DNA from: Delftia acidovorans NBRC 14950
GTDB lineage: Bacteria; Pseudomonadota; Gammaproteobacteria; Burkholderiales; Burkholderiaceae_C
Direction: 5' to 3'
DNA length: 32,000 bases
Assembly: GCF_001598795.1 (NCBI RefSeq)
Contig: NZ_BCZP01000038.1
Span: forward strand, 9,635 to 41,634
Shown here: one piece after another, positions 7,439-16,226 of the stretch
Layout of the letters: each line of letters begins with the position of its first letter
Position numbering within the stretch: the stretch's first letter is position 1
Notes under the pieces: generated by a model
What the model saw: only the letters and a program-made list of their open reading frames with translations
Databases searched by the model: none
What the model was told of the DNA's origin: nothing
Made by a program: the position numbers and the translations under genes

Positions 7439-7464
7439 GATGTTCTCCTTCGGGCCTGGCTATC

Positions 7465-8424
7465 TCAGCGCTGGCCCATGGTGGCCTGGAAGGCGGCCAA
7501 AAATTCTTCCTCTTCAGTGGGCGCGGCCTGGGGGCGCGGCGCGTTGCCGCTGGGCGTGACGGCCGCCTTGAGCCGTGCCTGCCCCTTCGCGGCCTTGTCG
7601 GCGGCGGTGGCGCGGGCGGTGGCCCATGCGTCGTATTTACCCAGTACGGAGCCCATGCTGTCGGCCGTGACCGCGTCAGCAAACTCCTGCTGCACCTGCT
7701 CCCCTTGCGCGGTGAGCCACAGGTTGAACTCCTGCGAGCCCACCTTGTCGCGCCAGCCTGTGTGCATGCGGTCCATCACGGCCAGCTCCAGCGCCATGGG
7801 GTCGTGCCCGGCCTGGACCTGCGGCGCTTCGCCCGTGGCCACGGGTTGCTGCGCTTCGGCTGGTGGGGCTTCCTGGCGAGGTTGCTGGTTGTGGAGACCG
7901 ATCAACGCCCGGGCGTACTCGGCAACGTCGGGATAGTCCTGCTCGAACTGCTTGAGTTGAGGTGGCAGCTCGGGCGTCACTGCGGGCGCCGGGGCTGCTG
8001 GGGCCGCAGGAGCTGGCTGTTGCGACTTGCGTAGCAGATCGCCAATGCTCCCGTGTGCTTTGTCCAACTGGCGTTTGAGCGTGTCCACCTCGGCAGCGTT
8101 GCCCAGCAGGCGGCGCAGCTCACTGCGCTTGAAGCCGGCGAACTCGACAGGATCGTCGTCCTCGGTCGTGGCCGGCTGCTGCTGGGCGGGCTGCCCTTCA
8201 GCACCGGCGGCGGCCGTGGCCTCCTCCTGCTGTTGCTCGCTGGCTTCTTGCGTCACCGCCTCCTTGCCGCCGTGCTCGGCCGCAGCACTTACCGGCGCTG
8301 CAGTGGATACGGGCGGCTCGGTGCCGGACGTCTCAGCGAAGGCGCGATGGAAATCGGCCTCCTCTTGAGCACGGGCCTCGGCCTGCTGTTGAGCCTGCTG
8401 TTCCTGCTGTTGTTGCTCGTCCAT
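7465..8424 (-). CDS. Scaffolding protein (319 aa)
   Basis: E/Q/A-rich helical protein between the portal and major capsid genes; AGGAG SD. Confidence 0.7.
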   Translation of the reverse strand: MDEQQQQEQQAQQQAEARAQEEADFHRAFAETSGTEPPVSTAAPVSAAAEHGGKEAVTQEASEQQQEEATAAAGAEGQPAQQQPATTEDDDPVEFAGFKRSELRRLLGNAAEVDTLKRQLDKAHGSIGDLLRKSQQPAPAAPAAPAPAVTPELPPQLKQFEQDYPDVAEYARALIGLHNQQPRQEAPPAEAQQPVATGEAPQVQAGHDPMALELAVMDRMHTGWRDKVGSQEFNLWLTAQGEQVQQEFADAVTADSMGSVLGKYDAWATARATAADKAAKGQARLKAAVTPSGNAPRPQAAPTEEEEFLAAFQATMGQR

Positions 8425-8455
8425 GCGTCATGCGCTCCTGTGTGTCGTGCCGAGG

Positions 8456-8677
8456 TCAGTAGCCGGGGCCACCGATGTCGGCGGTTTGTGCCGGGTCTGG
8501 TTTGTCCAGTGCCAGCAGTTCTTTCCAGGCCGCGATGCGCCCACGCAGTTCGGTGGTGCGCAGCGCGTCCATGGTTAGGCTGTCGTTCTTCTTGCGCAGC
8601 GTGTCGATCTGCGCGTTGGCATGGCGCTCAATGGCACGCCATGTCGGTGAGGTGAAGTCCAGGCCTGGGTTTGTCAT
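8456..8677 (-). CDS. Hypothetical small protein (73 aa) between portal and scaffold
   Basis: ORF on the track, co-oriented and tightly packed. No motif recognised. Confidence 0.55.
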   Translation of the reverse strand: MTNPGLDFTSPTWRAIERHANAQIDTLRKKNDSLTMDALRTTELRGRIAAWKELLALDKPDPAQTADIGGPGY

Positions 8678-8726
8678 GGCTGCAGTTTCCAGAGGAACGC
8701 CCTCTGGAGCGAACCCTGGCCGGGGG

Positions 8727-10961
8727 TCAGCCCCGCGCGCCGTCAGCGGCCGGCGTCTCGATGCCCTGGCGCACGCCCAGCAGCGGGCTGTCGGGGCGCA
8801 GCGGCGTCAGCGGGTCGGTGTTGTTGGGCACGGCGCCAGGGTCGGGCTGCTGCTGGGGCGTGATCCAGCCCGAGGGCTGCGGAACGATGGGCGCAGCATC
8901 CTGGTCGACATAGCCGCCCGAGCGCAGCAGCCCGTCGGCGACTGGCGCCGCGCCGGGGTTCAAGGCGAGGACTTGGGCGGCCTGGGTGCCGCTGTACAAG
9001 GTGTCCACGTTCACGCCCACGGTCTGTGCACGCGCCCTGCCCGCCTCTGCATCGGTCTTGCCGGCCTGAGCCTCCAGCAGCTTGGCCTTGGCCTGCAGCG
9101 TCGGGTCCTGGCCCTGCTGGGCGCGCTGAGCCTTCTGCTCGTCCGTGTACTGGAAGTTGGTGGGGTCCAGGCGCTGGCCCTTGCACAGCTCGGCCGCCAG
9201 CTTCGCCGGGTCCAGCTCGTAGACGGGATTGGCCGACACCTGCAGCAGCGTCATCAGGAACTGCTGCTGGGCGTCGCGCTCCACCAGAGCCGAGCTGGCG
9301 CGCACGTCGATCTGGAAGTCGCCCTTGATGCTCTCGTCGTCAGAGTAGGTCATCATCCAGTCGAAGTACCGCTGGATGTGGGGCCGCGTCATGTAGTCGT
9401 CGAACCGCTTGGCCAGGCGCCGCAGCACGCTGGTGGCGTTGTTGTTCTGCATCTGCATGCCGCCCAGGGTGTTGGGCGCATCGCCGCGGATGCCCTGCAG
9501 CATGGCCGGCATGCCCGTGGTGTCCTCGGCCATCTTCAGGGCGAACTGAATGGTGTTCATCAGCGTGACCTGGGCGCTGGGCACTGTGAAGGCGTTGAAT
9601 GCTCCGCGCACATCCGAAACGTCCGCATTCGCTTCGGCACGCCAGATCTTCCCCGGCCGCAGACTCCAGACGCCATCTTCCGGTGTCACACCGTTCCCGA
9701 TCACCACCTGAGGCGCTGCTGACAGGCCGTTGTTGTCCATCATGGCGCGGGCTGCACCATTGAGCATGCGCTGTGCCGTGCGGACCTGCCGGCTGATGCC
9801 GACACCCCAGGGCATGCCAGGGCGGCGCTGCCAGGCCAGCACGTCATAGGGGAACTCGCCATCGTCCTGGGGACTGAGCACGACCTTGACCAAGCGGTCG
9901 TTGATCATCACCGCCATGGTGGGCACGCGGTCCTCGTCGCCCTCTTCCATCTCCACCCCCAGGCGCGCCAGGTGCTCGCGTGCGCAGTGGCCGTAGAAGA
10001 TCCACATCTCAAACTCGTTCTCGCCCGGCCGGTAGACGGCTTCCGTGCCCTCGCGGGTGCGGGCCGGGCCTTCGCGCAGCACGGCCAGCAGTTCGGCAGT
10101 CTCGTAGCTGGGGTCGGCCAGCATCTCCTTGATCTGGCGCGGGCCGATGTTCTCGCGCTCCCACGTGTAGCTGCCGTTGTGGATGTTCTCCCCGCAGGAC
10201 GGGTCCGGGAAGAAGTTCCAGGCGTCAATGCGCTTGGAGCCGGGTTTGATCTCATCGAACTTGACGAACTGAGTGGTCTGCGTCACGGGATCCTTGATGG
10301 CCATCCGGCTGGTGCGCATCACGGGATAGGGTCCCTTGAAGACACCGGAGCCGATTCGCGCCGAGTCCTCGATCAGCTGCCGCATTTCCCCGTGCCAGTT
10401 GCTCTCGACCAGCGAATCCTCGATCGCGCGCTGCATACCCTTGGCGGCTTCGGCTGCATTGCGGATCTGCTCCTGGACGAATTCCTCCACGGTCTTCTGC
10501 TTGTAGATCCCGCCCATGGCGTCCATCAGCCGCTGGCGCAATGCTGGGCTGAGCGTCGGCAAAGGCGTGGCCTTGATCTCCCAGGCCCGATCATCCGTGG
10601 GCAGCAGCATGTCCGCCACGCGGGCGCTGGCCGCATCCGTGTAGGGGCGCGTGATGTTAAGGAACACCACCGACCGGGCCGGGCCCTGCTGCCTGGTCTG
10701 CCCACCGATGACGGCCGCCTTCCTGCTGCGGTACAGCTGGTTGGCGTTCTGGAAATTGCGGTTGGCGTCGTCGATGCCCTGGTAGTGCTCCTCGTCCTCG
10801 GTCCACTCCTCCTCGATGCCCGAGCCGGCACGGCCGGCAATGGCCTCGCGGCGCTTGGACAGGAGCGTCAGGACGAACTCGGCGCGCAGGTCGCGCTGGG
10901 GCTCGCCGCTGTCGTCGTGCTGCTGGGCCAGCAGGCCCCCATGGTTGGTGGTGGCTTGCAT
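8727..10961 (-). CDS. Portal protein (744 aa)
   Basis: Large ORF immediately downstream of TerL (TerL stop and portal start are 1 nt apart). Size and position are typical of podovirus-type portals. Confidence 0.85.
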   Translation of the reverse strand: MQATTNHGGLLAQQHDDSGEPQRDLRAEFVLTLLSKRREAIAGRAGSGIEEEWTEDEEHYQGIDDANRNFQNANQLYRSRKAAVIGGQTRQQGPARSVVFLNITRPYTDAASARVADMLLPTDDRAWEIKATPLPTLSPALRQRLMDAMGGIYKQKTVEEFVQEQIRNAAEAAKGMQRAIEDSLVESNWHGEMRQLIEDSARIGSGVFKGPYPVMRTSRMAIKDPVTQTTQFVKFDEIKPGSKRIDAWNFFPDPSCGENIHNGSYTWERENIGPRQIKEMLADPSYETAELLAVLREGPARTREGTEAVYRPGENEFEMWIFYGHCAREHLARLGVEMEEGDEDRVPTMAVMINDRLVKVVLSPQDDGEFPYDVLAWQRRPGMPWGVGISRQVRTAQRMLNGAARAMMDNNGLSAAPQVVIGNGVTPEDGVWSLRPGKIWRAEANADVSDVRGAFNAFTVPSAQVTLMNTIQFALKMAEDTTGMPAMLQGIRGDAPNTLGGMQMQNNNATSVLRRLAKRFDDYMTRPHIQRYFDWMMTYSDDESIKGDFQIDVRASSALVERDAQQQFLMTLLQVSANPVYELDPAKLAAELCKGQRLDPTNFQYTDEQKAQRAQQGQDPTLQAKAKLLEAQAGKTDAEAGRARAQTVGVNVDTLYSGTQAAQVLALNPGAAPVADGLLRSGGYVDQDAAPIVPQPSGWITPQQQPDPGAVPNNTDPLTPLRPDSPLLGVRQGIETPAADGARG

Positions 10962-10962
10962 G

Positions 10963-12267
10963 TCAGTACCCTATCTCGTTGTCCAGTGGCTGCCAGCCGC
11001 CGCCCCGAGGAGCGACGGGCCGCTGCTGCTGTGAGCGCAGCATGTGCTCGGCCGATTGAGCGATGTAGCGGAAGTTGTCGGCGCCGTGGCTGTACTGGTC
11101 GTGCAGCGGTCCCATGGCCTCGCCGGTCTTGGTGCTGACGTGGCGCTGATACCGCTTCAGGCATTCCAGCAGGCGCGCCGTCTTGGCGGCGTCGAAGTAG
11201 CAGCGCGGGAACAGCATGCGGGCGGCCTTGATGCCCTCTTCCACATCCAGCGGGGCCAAGCACAAGACCTGCCGGCGCCCCAGCTCGCGCAGCAGCATCT
11301 CTGCGTTCTTGCCGGTCTGCGGGTTCTTGGTCTTGCCGTCGTGCGGCAGGTAGTCGATGCCCCAGCGATACGGGCGCTTCTCCAGTTGGGTCACATACCA
11401 GTCATAGGTGTGGTGGCTGTCTTCCAGGTAGTCGATGACGCGCACGTCCTGCGGGCCGACCTGGACCATGGTGATGGTCATGGCGTCGTTCCAGCCCAGG
11501 TCCCAGACCGTGTGCACGGGCAGGCGCGGGTCGTAGGGGACGCGGCAGGCCCGGCCGTCGGCATAAAGGTGCTCCACCTCGTGGCGGTAGATGGCGCCGG
11601 CGGCCACCTTGCGGGCCTTACCCTCCCAGATGTGCTCGTAGTCGTCCTTGAGCATGGAGCGCTTAGCCTTCTGGCGCTCGTCCTCCAGCACGACTGGAAA
11701 CCAGGGGTTGTCGCGCCAGTTGATCTGGCAGACCCACGTGTCCGGGCTGGGCGTGGCGATGAACCGCTGGTAGGTCTCGTCCGTCTCCATGTCCGGGTTC
11801 AGGGTCAGCCAGATCTCGGAGCCTTCCTTGCGGATGGTCGGGATCAGCACGTCCCAGGACTTCTTGCTGACGCCGTGGGCCTCTTCCACCCAGACGATGT
11901 CCACGCCCTCGAAGGACTTGATGGTGTCCACCGTGTGGGACTGCAGGCCCGAGAACAGGAACAGCGAGCCGTTGATGCCCCGGATCTCGGAGTCCAGCAC
12001 CTCGAAGAAGGCTTCCAGGCCCAGGCGCGAGATGGTGTCCTTCAGCAGGCGATGCACCGAGTCCTTCATGGACCGCTGGATCTCGCGGGCGCACAGCACG
12101 CGCAGCGGCCGGTCGGCGGCCATGGCCAGGAGGACAGCAGCGACAGCCCAGGACTTGCCGCCGCCACGGCCACCGTGCATGACCTTGTAGCGCCTGGGCG
12201 AGAACAGGGGCTGCAGCTTCTCGGCCAGCTGCAGCTTGGTGAATGGGAGCTCGGCAGGCGCGTTCAT
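10963..12267 (-). CDS. terL: Terminase large subunit (PBSX/Terminase_3-like)
   Basis: 434 aa with Walker A HGGRGGGKSW and VWVEEA Walker B-like motif. ATGA overlap with terS. Confidence 0.93.
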   Translation of the reverse strand: MNAPAELPFTKLQLAEKLQPLFSPRRYKVMHGGRGGGKSWAVAAVLLAMAADRPLRVLCAREIQRSMKDSVHRLLKDTISRLGLEAFFEVLDSEIRGINGSLFLFSGLQSHTVDTIKSFEGVDIVWVEEAHGVSKKSWDVLIPTIRKEGSEIWLTLNPDMETDETYQRFIATPSPDTWVCQINWRDNPWFPVVLEDERQKAKRSMLKDDYEHIWEGKARKVAAGAIYRHEVEHLYADGRACRVPYDPRLPVHTVWDLGWNDAMTITMVQVGPQDVRVIDYLEDSHHTYDWYVTQLEKRPYRWGIDYLPHDGKTKNPQTGKNAEMLLRELGRRQVLCLAPLDVEEGIKAARMLFPRCYFDAAKTARLLECLKRYQRHVSTKTGEAMGPLHDQYSHGADNFRYIAQSAEHMLRSQQQRPVAPRGGGWQPLDNEIGY

Positions 12268-12962
12268 GCGTCGTCGTCCTCCCGCGCAGCAGGCCGCACG
12301 AACTCGACAGCGATGCGGGCTACGCCGCCCTCCCCTGGCCCTGTGCCCACGGGATCGACCTTGTCCATGCCGAAGGCGGTTCGCTCCATGTCCACAACGA
12401 TGCGCAGGCTCTCGGCCAGCACCTTCAGGGTCTTGGAGCGCTCAGGCAGGCTGATGACGGCCTCCAGCAGCTCGCCGTAGCGGTCGCGCCCGGGCTTTTC
12501 GCCAGGCGTCACCACGGCCGCAGCCAGCTCCTGCAGCTTGGCCAGCGTGGCCGGGTCGGTCTGCTGCTCCAACTCGTCCATGAGCCTGTTGGTGAGCTCG
12601 CGAACACGGCGCGCGTCCTTGCGATGGCCCAGCCGAACGTCAGCCACAGCCTGGGCATTGCCGTCGATGACAGCCCGTTCCCGGACTTTGGTATCCGCGG
12701 ATACCTGGCTGGATACCGCCGCCCTGGATACCAGCGCATCAGCCTTGGCCTGGATCTTCTGGGACAGGTCGCGCTCCCAGCCATCCCGCTTGGCGCGCTT
12801 GTTGATGGCGCCGTGGGTGATGCCGTTCTCGTCGGCGATCTGGCGAAGTGTCTTGATGCCGGCCCGGTAGTCCAGCTCTATGCGCTCCCAGTCAGGGGAG
12901 CGGGGGCCGGGGGCTGCGCCCCCTGCGCTGGGGGCTTGGTCGGGATGCGGTGAAGATGCCAT
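12264..12962 (-). CDS. terS: Terminase small subunit
   Basis: 232 aa. N-terminal HTH-like IELDYRAGIKTLRQIADENGITHGAINKRAKRDGWERD, typical of small terminases. Directly upstream of terL. Confidence 0.8.
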   Translation of the reverse strand: MASSPHPDQAPSAGGAAPGPRSPDWERIELDYRAGIKTLRQIADENGITHGAINKRAKRDGWERDLSQKIQAKADALVSRAAVSSQVSADTKVRERAVIDGNAQAVADVRLGHRKDARRVRELTNRLMDELEQQTDPATLAKLQELAAAVVTPGEKPGRDRYGELLEAVISLPERSKTLKVLAESLRIVVDMERTAFGMDKVDPVGTGPGEGGVARIAVEFVRPAAREDDDA

Positions 12963-13000
12963 GCCCGGAGTTTCCCGGGCGCGTGTCTTTTAGGCGAACC

Positions 13001-14062
13001 CTAGCCGGGGGACTTTGGAGTCGGTATTTTCTCTGTCAGCTTAGTAACGACTTCTATCAATCCAAAACTCGCGCTATCACAGCCGTGTTGTGTATCGGCA
13101 GGGGTAAATAACTTCTGCGCCAACTGCCCCTTAATAGTATTCTTAGACTCTTCAGGCATTGCAGCAAGATAGGGCGTTATTGCATTTAGATCCATTGCCT
13201 TGCGTAGATAGGAGTGCTCTTGGGAACGATGAAGCGCAGATTGCTTGGCCGTGTATGCTGCAATAAATGTAAAAAAAGCTGCCACGGCCAAACGAACCAA
13301 GACATGTTGAGTCGTCCGAAGATCAAATTCCAATATCACAAACAACAAAACCGAGAAAAATCCAATACCACACATAGTAATTAAAGAAACTCGTCGATAA
13401 AAATCCGCAGCCTTCTTTTCTATGGTTGCATTTTTCATATACTCCATCGTCAATCCACTGGAAGCCATCTCAGAGATCAAAGCATTTAAATGCTCCGACG
13501 ATGCAAGGACACCTGCTCTGTATTGTTCTATTTTCTCTAATGCTTCATCATTTTTATTTGATGCATTTTTCTCTAGCCTTTTCATTAAAGCGTCGAGACT
13601 TTTATCTGCATTATTGCTATATTCTTCGTATTTAGCTCTCCAGCCAGCGGCTTTCGACTCCAGCTCATCGATACGACTTAAAAGATTTCTTATTTTACCA
13701 TCTGCAACAATCGGAAAATTAATTGCCCCCAAGAATGACTCACAAAATTCTCTGAGTTGCTTCGCAGATTCAAATAGGCCACTTTTTTCAATATCAGCAT
13801 TCAATTTATTACTTTTGGAAAACAGCCTTTCAATTCCAGAACAAAAATTCATTGTATTGTGGACTAATTCTTTCTCCAAAATCCCCCTTGCATCAGAACT
13901 ATTCCGCTCATGATCTTTCGATAGAGATTTTTTTAGATTCAGACCATAATTAACATTCTCATGAAAATCACCAGGCAACCCCCTCAATTTGTCGAGTATT
14001 ATATCAATTTGACGATGTAAAAATTCCTTTTCAGTATCACTTAGAAATTTATCGTTTGACAT
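13001..14062 (-). CDS. Hypothetical coiled-coil protein with a C-proximal 2-TM hairpin (353 aa) on an AT-rich island
   Basis: Hand counts give 33-37% GC, against 72% for a terS line. SD AGAGG sits 7 nt before the ATG. About 225 aa of K/E/N/S-rich helical sequence, then two hydrophobic helices (VSLITMCGIGFFSVLLFVILEF, VLVRLAVAAFFTFIAAYTA), then about 70 aa. Confidence 0.75.
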   Translation of the reverse strand: MSNDKFLSDTEKEFLHRQIDIILDKLRGLPGDFHENVNYGLNLKKSLSKDHERNSSDARGILEKELVHNTMNFCSGIERLFSKSNKLNADIEKSGLFESAKQLREFCESFLGAINFPIVADGKIRNLLSRIDELESKAAGWRAKYEEYSNNADKSLDALMKRLEKNASNKNDEALEKIEQYRAGVLASSEHLNALISEMASSGLTMEYMKNATIEKKAADFYRRVSLITMCGIGFFSVLLFVILEFDLRTTQHVLVRLAVAAFFTFIAAYTAKQSALHRSQEHSYLRKAMDLNAITPYLAAMPEESKNTIKGQLAQKLFTPADTQHGCDSASFGLIEVVTKLTEKIPTPKSPG

Positions 14063-14171
14063 TTATCAACCTCTCTTTTTTACGAAAGCATAGCTCCAAT
14101 ACCTCATTGTAAAGAATGAAGCCAAACTGCGCAGCCAAATGATCGCAATGGATGCGACAGCTAGTCCCCTG

Positions 14172-14759
14172 TTAATTGATCGTACCTGTAGGGACTGTTG
14201 AATTTCGTGTCGACTGGATCATTGCACCAGCCAGCAGGTCCATCTGCGGGCTGGGCTCCACCCGGCGCCCCTCCAGCGCCTTGAGCTTGCCTTCCAGCTC
14301 CTTGATGCGCGCGGCCATCTCGCGGCGGGTGGCGGCCTGCTGGAGCTGCAGTTCCTGTGCCAGCAGGCCGACGTCGTGCTGCAGCTGAAGGTTGCTGTGC
14401 TGCATGGCGTTGCCCTGGGTGCGGAGGGCGATGATGCGCAACTCGCGGGGCCAGATCCGCAACTGCTGGTCGCCAACCTCGATCAGCGTCATGCCGTCAT
14501 CGAGGTCTGCGAAGTAGACCGGACGCGGCGCCCCGGGACCCTTGACCAGCTCGTACACACCATCGGTGGTCCGCCGCAGGATGCCCTCGACATCGATCAT
14601 CCGGGAGACGTGGTCGTCGATGATGTGATAGCTCTTGCCGGTCAGGTCCATGAGCCGCTGTCGTGTGATGTTCTGGCCGAGATGCGCCATCTCCAGGATG
14701 TGATCCCAGATGATTTCGCGTGTGGTGCGTTCGTCGTGCTGTGGCGTGGTGGTGGTCAT
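14172..14759 (-). CDS. Putative winged-helix DNA-binding protein with a C-terminal coiled coil (195 aa); candidate late-gene regulator
   Basis: GGGAGA SD. N-terminal wHTH-like segment (ITRQRLMDLTGKSYHIIDDHVSRMIDVEGIL) and a Q/L/E coiled coil. Last early-type gene before the packaging module. The regulatory role is inferred from position. Confidence 0.55.
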   Translation of the reverse strand: MTTTTPQHDERTTREIIWDHILEMAHLGQNITRQRLMDLTGKSYHIIDDHVSRMIDVEGILRRTTDGVYELVKGPGAPRPVYFADLDDGMTLIEVGDQQLRIWPRELRIIALRTQGNAMQHSNLQLQHDVGLLAQELQLQQAATRREMAARIKELEGKLKALEGRRVEPSPQMDLLAGAMIQSTRNSTVPTGTIN

Positions 14760-14831
14760 GGCGTTCTCCCGGTAAACTGTTGCTTGCTCAGGACATCAGT
14801 CCGGGATCGCCCGCCTCGCGCGGGCTTTCCT

Positions 14832-15287
14832 TTATCCGGGCCGGATCTGCCGGAACTTCAGCATCTCCTTCATCGACCAGTGCGCGGCCTCCACGGCGAT
14901 GCCGTTGCGGTCGATCTCCAGCAACTGGTCGAACACCTGGGTAGCTTGCAGCGCGATTTCCAGCTCTGGCTGCGTCAGCTGCACCTTCCCCCAGCGTGCC
15001 CAGCGGGCGCACACCGGTTCGTACAGTTCCAGCTGCGCATTGACGGTCTGGGCGGCCTCCTCGGTCAGCGGCTCGCCGTCCTGCTGGAGCAGCCACATCA
15101 TTCGGCTGTAGGTCGTGCCGGTCTCGATCCAGTCGAGTAGGTGCGCATAGGTGGCGCCTCCCTGGGCGATAGTCTGCAGCAGGTCGTGGTGCACGAGTTT
15201 GGCTTCGACCTTCGTGGACTCGGCCAGCTTGGGTCGCCAGAACTTCGGCAGTGGGGCCGGCGCGCGGTGTTGGTGATGGCGCTTCAT
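14832..15287 (-). CDS. Hypothetical phage protein (151 aa)
   Basis: ATG at 15287 in ATGA overlap with the NinB stop. It is the internal start of the track ORF 14832-15347. Confidence 0.6.
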   Translation of the reverse strand: MKRHHQHRAPAPLPKFWRPKLAESTKVEAKLVHHDLLQTIAQGGATYAHLLDWIETGTTYSRMMWLLQQDGEPLTEEAAQTVNAQLELYEPVCARWARWGKVQLTQPELEIALQATQVFDQLLEIDRNGIAVEAAHWSMKEMLKFRQIRPG

Positions 15288-15742
15288 GGCCGGTCGTCCC
15301 ACGGTTTGAACACCACGCCGGCCTCGGTGCCGAAGGCATAGAGCCATTCGACGAAGCCCTTGGCCAGCTTGTTCGAGAACTTCTTCGTGGGCACGCCCAG
15401 CATCACGACCTCACCGCGCAGGCCACGGCCCATCCGCATCTCGCCCAGGCGTACCCACTCGTCGCGAAACTGCACATCGTCCAGCGTGTCCACGCGGAAG
15501 GCGCTGATCAGGATGCGCTTGGCGTCCTCCACGTTGGCGAGGTCGCCACCCAGCTGCTGGCTGATTTGGCGGATCTGGCTGTGGAAGTGGCGGCTGTGGC
15601 GCTCCTCCCTGCACTCGGGCCGGATCTCCAGCACCAGGCGCTTTCCCTCGCGCAGCCAGCCTTTGATCTGCCGCCAGGCGCTGAGGATGGCGATATGCCC
15701 CTGCTCGGGCGTCTTGAGCAGGACGGTGAGGTGTTCGCTCAT
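15284..15742 (-). CDS. ninB: NinB/Orf-family recombination mediator
   Basis: 152 aa. Resembles lambda Orf, for example FVEWLYAFGTEAGVVF versus lambda FAELLELIQAFGTERGVKW. ATGA overlap with rusA. Confidence 0.8.
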   Translation of the reverse strand: MSEHLTVLLKTPEQGHIAILSAWRQIKGWLREGKRLVLEIRPECREERHSRHFHSQIRQISQQLGGDLANVEDAKRILISAFRVDTLDDVQFRDEWVRLGEMRMGRGLRGEVVMLGVPTKKFSNKLAKGFVEWLYAFGTEAGVVFKPWDDRP

Positions 15743-16215
15743 GCCAGCGCTCCCAGCAGGTCACCCTGCTCCGGCACGGGCGCGGTGGCCACGGCCAGCG
15801 ATGTGATGGTCACGACCAGCTTGCCGCCCTCCACGGGCTCGCCACGCTGGGCGTTGATGCTGCGCACCCAGCGGTCGTCCTCGATGGCCACGCCCTTGAG
15901 CGCGTCCAGCAGCACCTTCTGGGCGTTGTCCAGGTCGATGCACTGCACGGTGTCGTCCCATGCCATGGGGTCGCGCTTCGCGCGGCGCGCCCAGTCCTGG
16001 GGCCGGTGCGGGTGCAGGGTGTAGGCGATGGCCACGCGGCCGGCGATGGGGCTGCGCACGCCCGCGGCCCTGGCCAGCCAGCCCACCTTTTCCTTGAATT
16101 CCTTCGCCTCGGTCGAAACGTAGGTCATGGCCATGCTGGCCGAGCCCTTGCGGATCACGCGGGTCTGCCAGTAGCGGTTCGCGCTGATGGGGTACGGGAG
16201 AGTGAGGGTGATCAT
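15739..16215 (-). CDS. rusA: RusA-family Holliday junction resolvase
   Basis: 158 aa. Contains LPYPISANRYW and DLDNAQKVLLDALKGVAIEDD, which align with E. coli RusA motifs. Only the C-terminal part of the track ORF 15739-17133 is real. Confidence 0.9.
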   Translation of the reverse strand: MITLTLPYPISANRYWQTRVIRKGSASMAMTYVSTEAKEFKEKVGWLARAAGVRSPIAGRVAIAYTLHPHRPQDWARRAKRDPMAWDDTVQCIDLDNAQKVLLDALKGVAIEDDRWVRSINAQRGEPVEGGKLVVTITSLAVATAPVPEQGDLLGALA

Positions 16216-16226
16216 GGATGGGGCTT

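Noticed and set aside
6266-7936. 556-aa plus-strand ORF
   Set aside because: It is antisense to the well-supported major capsid and scaffold genes and has Arg/Ala/Gly-rich junk composition, typical of shadow ORFs in high-GC DNA. There is no SD.
9972-12480. 388-aa and 478-aa plus-strand ORFs
   Set aside because: They are antisense to the portal and terL genes, which have clear motifs, so I treat them as shadow ORFs.
2874-12962. Idea that this is a capsid-forming, tail-hijacking satellite (cf-PICI-like)
   Set aside because: The element carries a full lambdoid immunity, replication and recombination complement and is much larger than known satellites. Truncation of an ordinary prophage is the simpler explanation, so I kept it only as an alternative in the tail-less finding.
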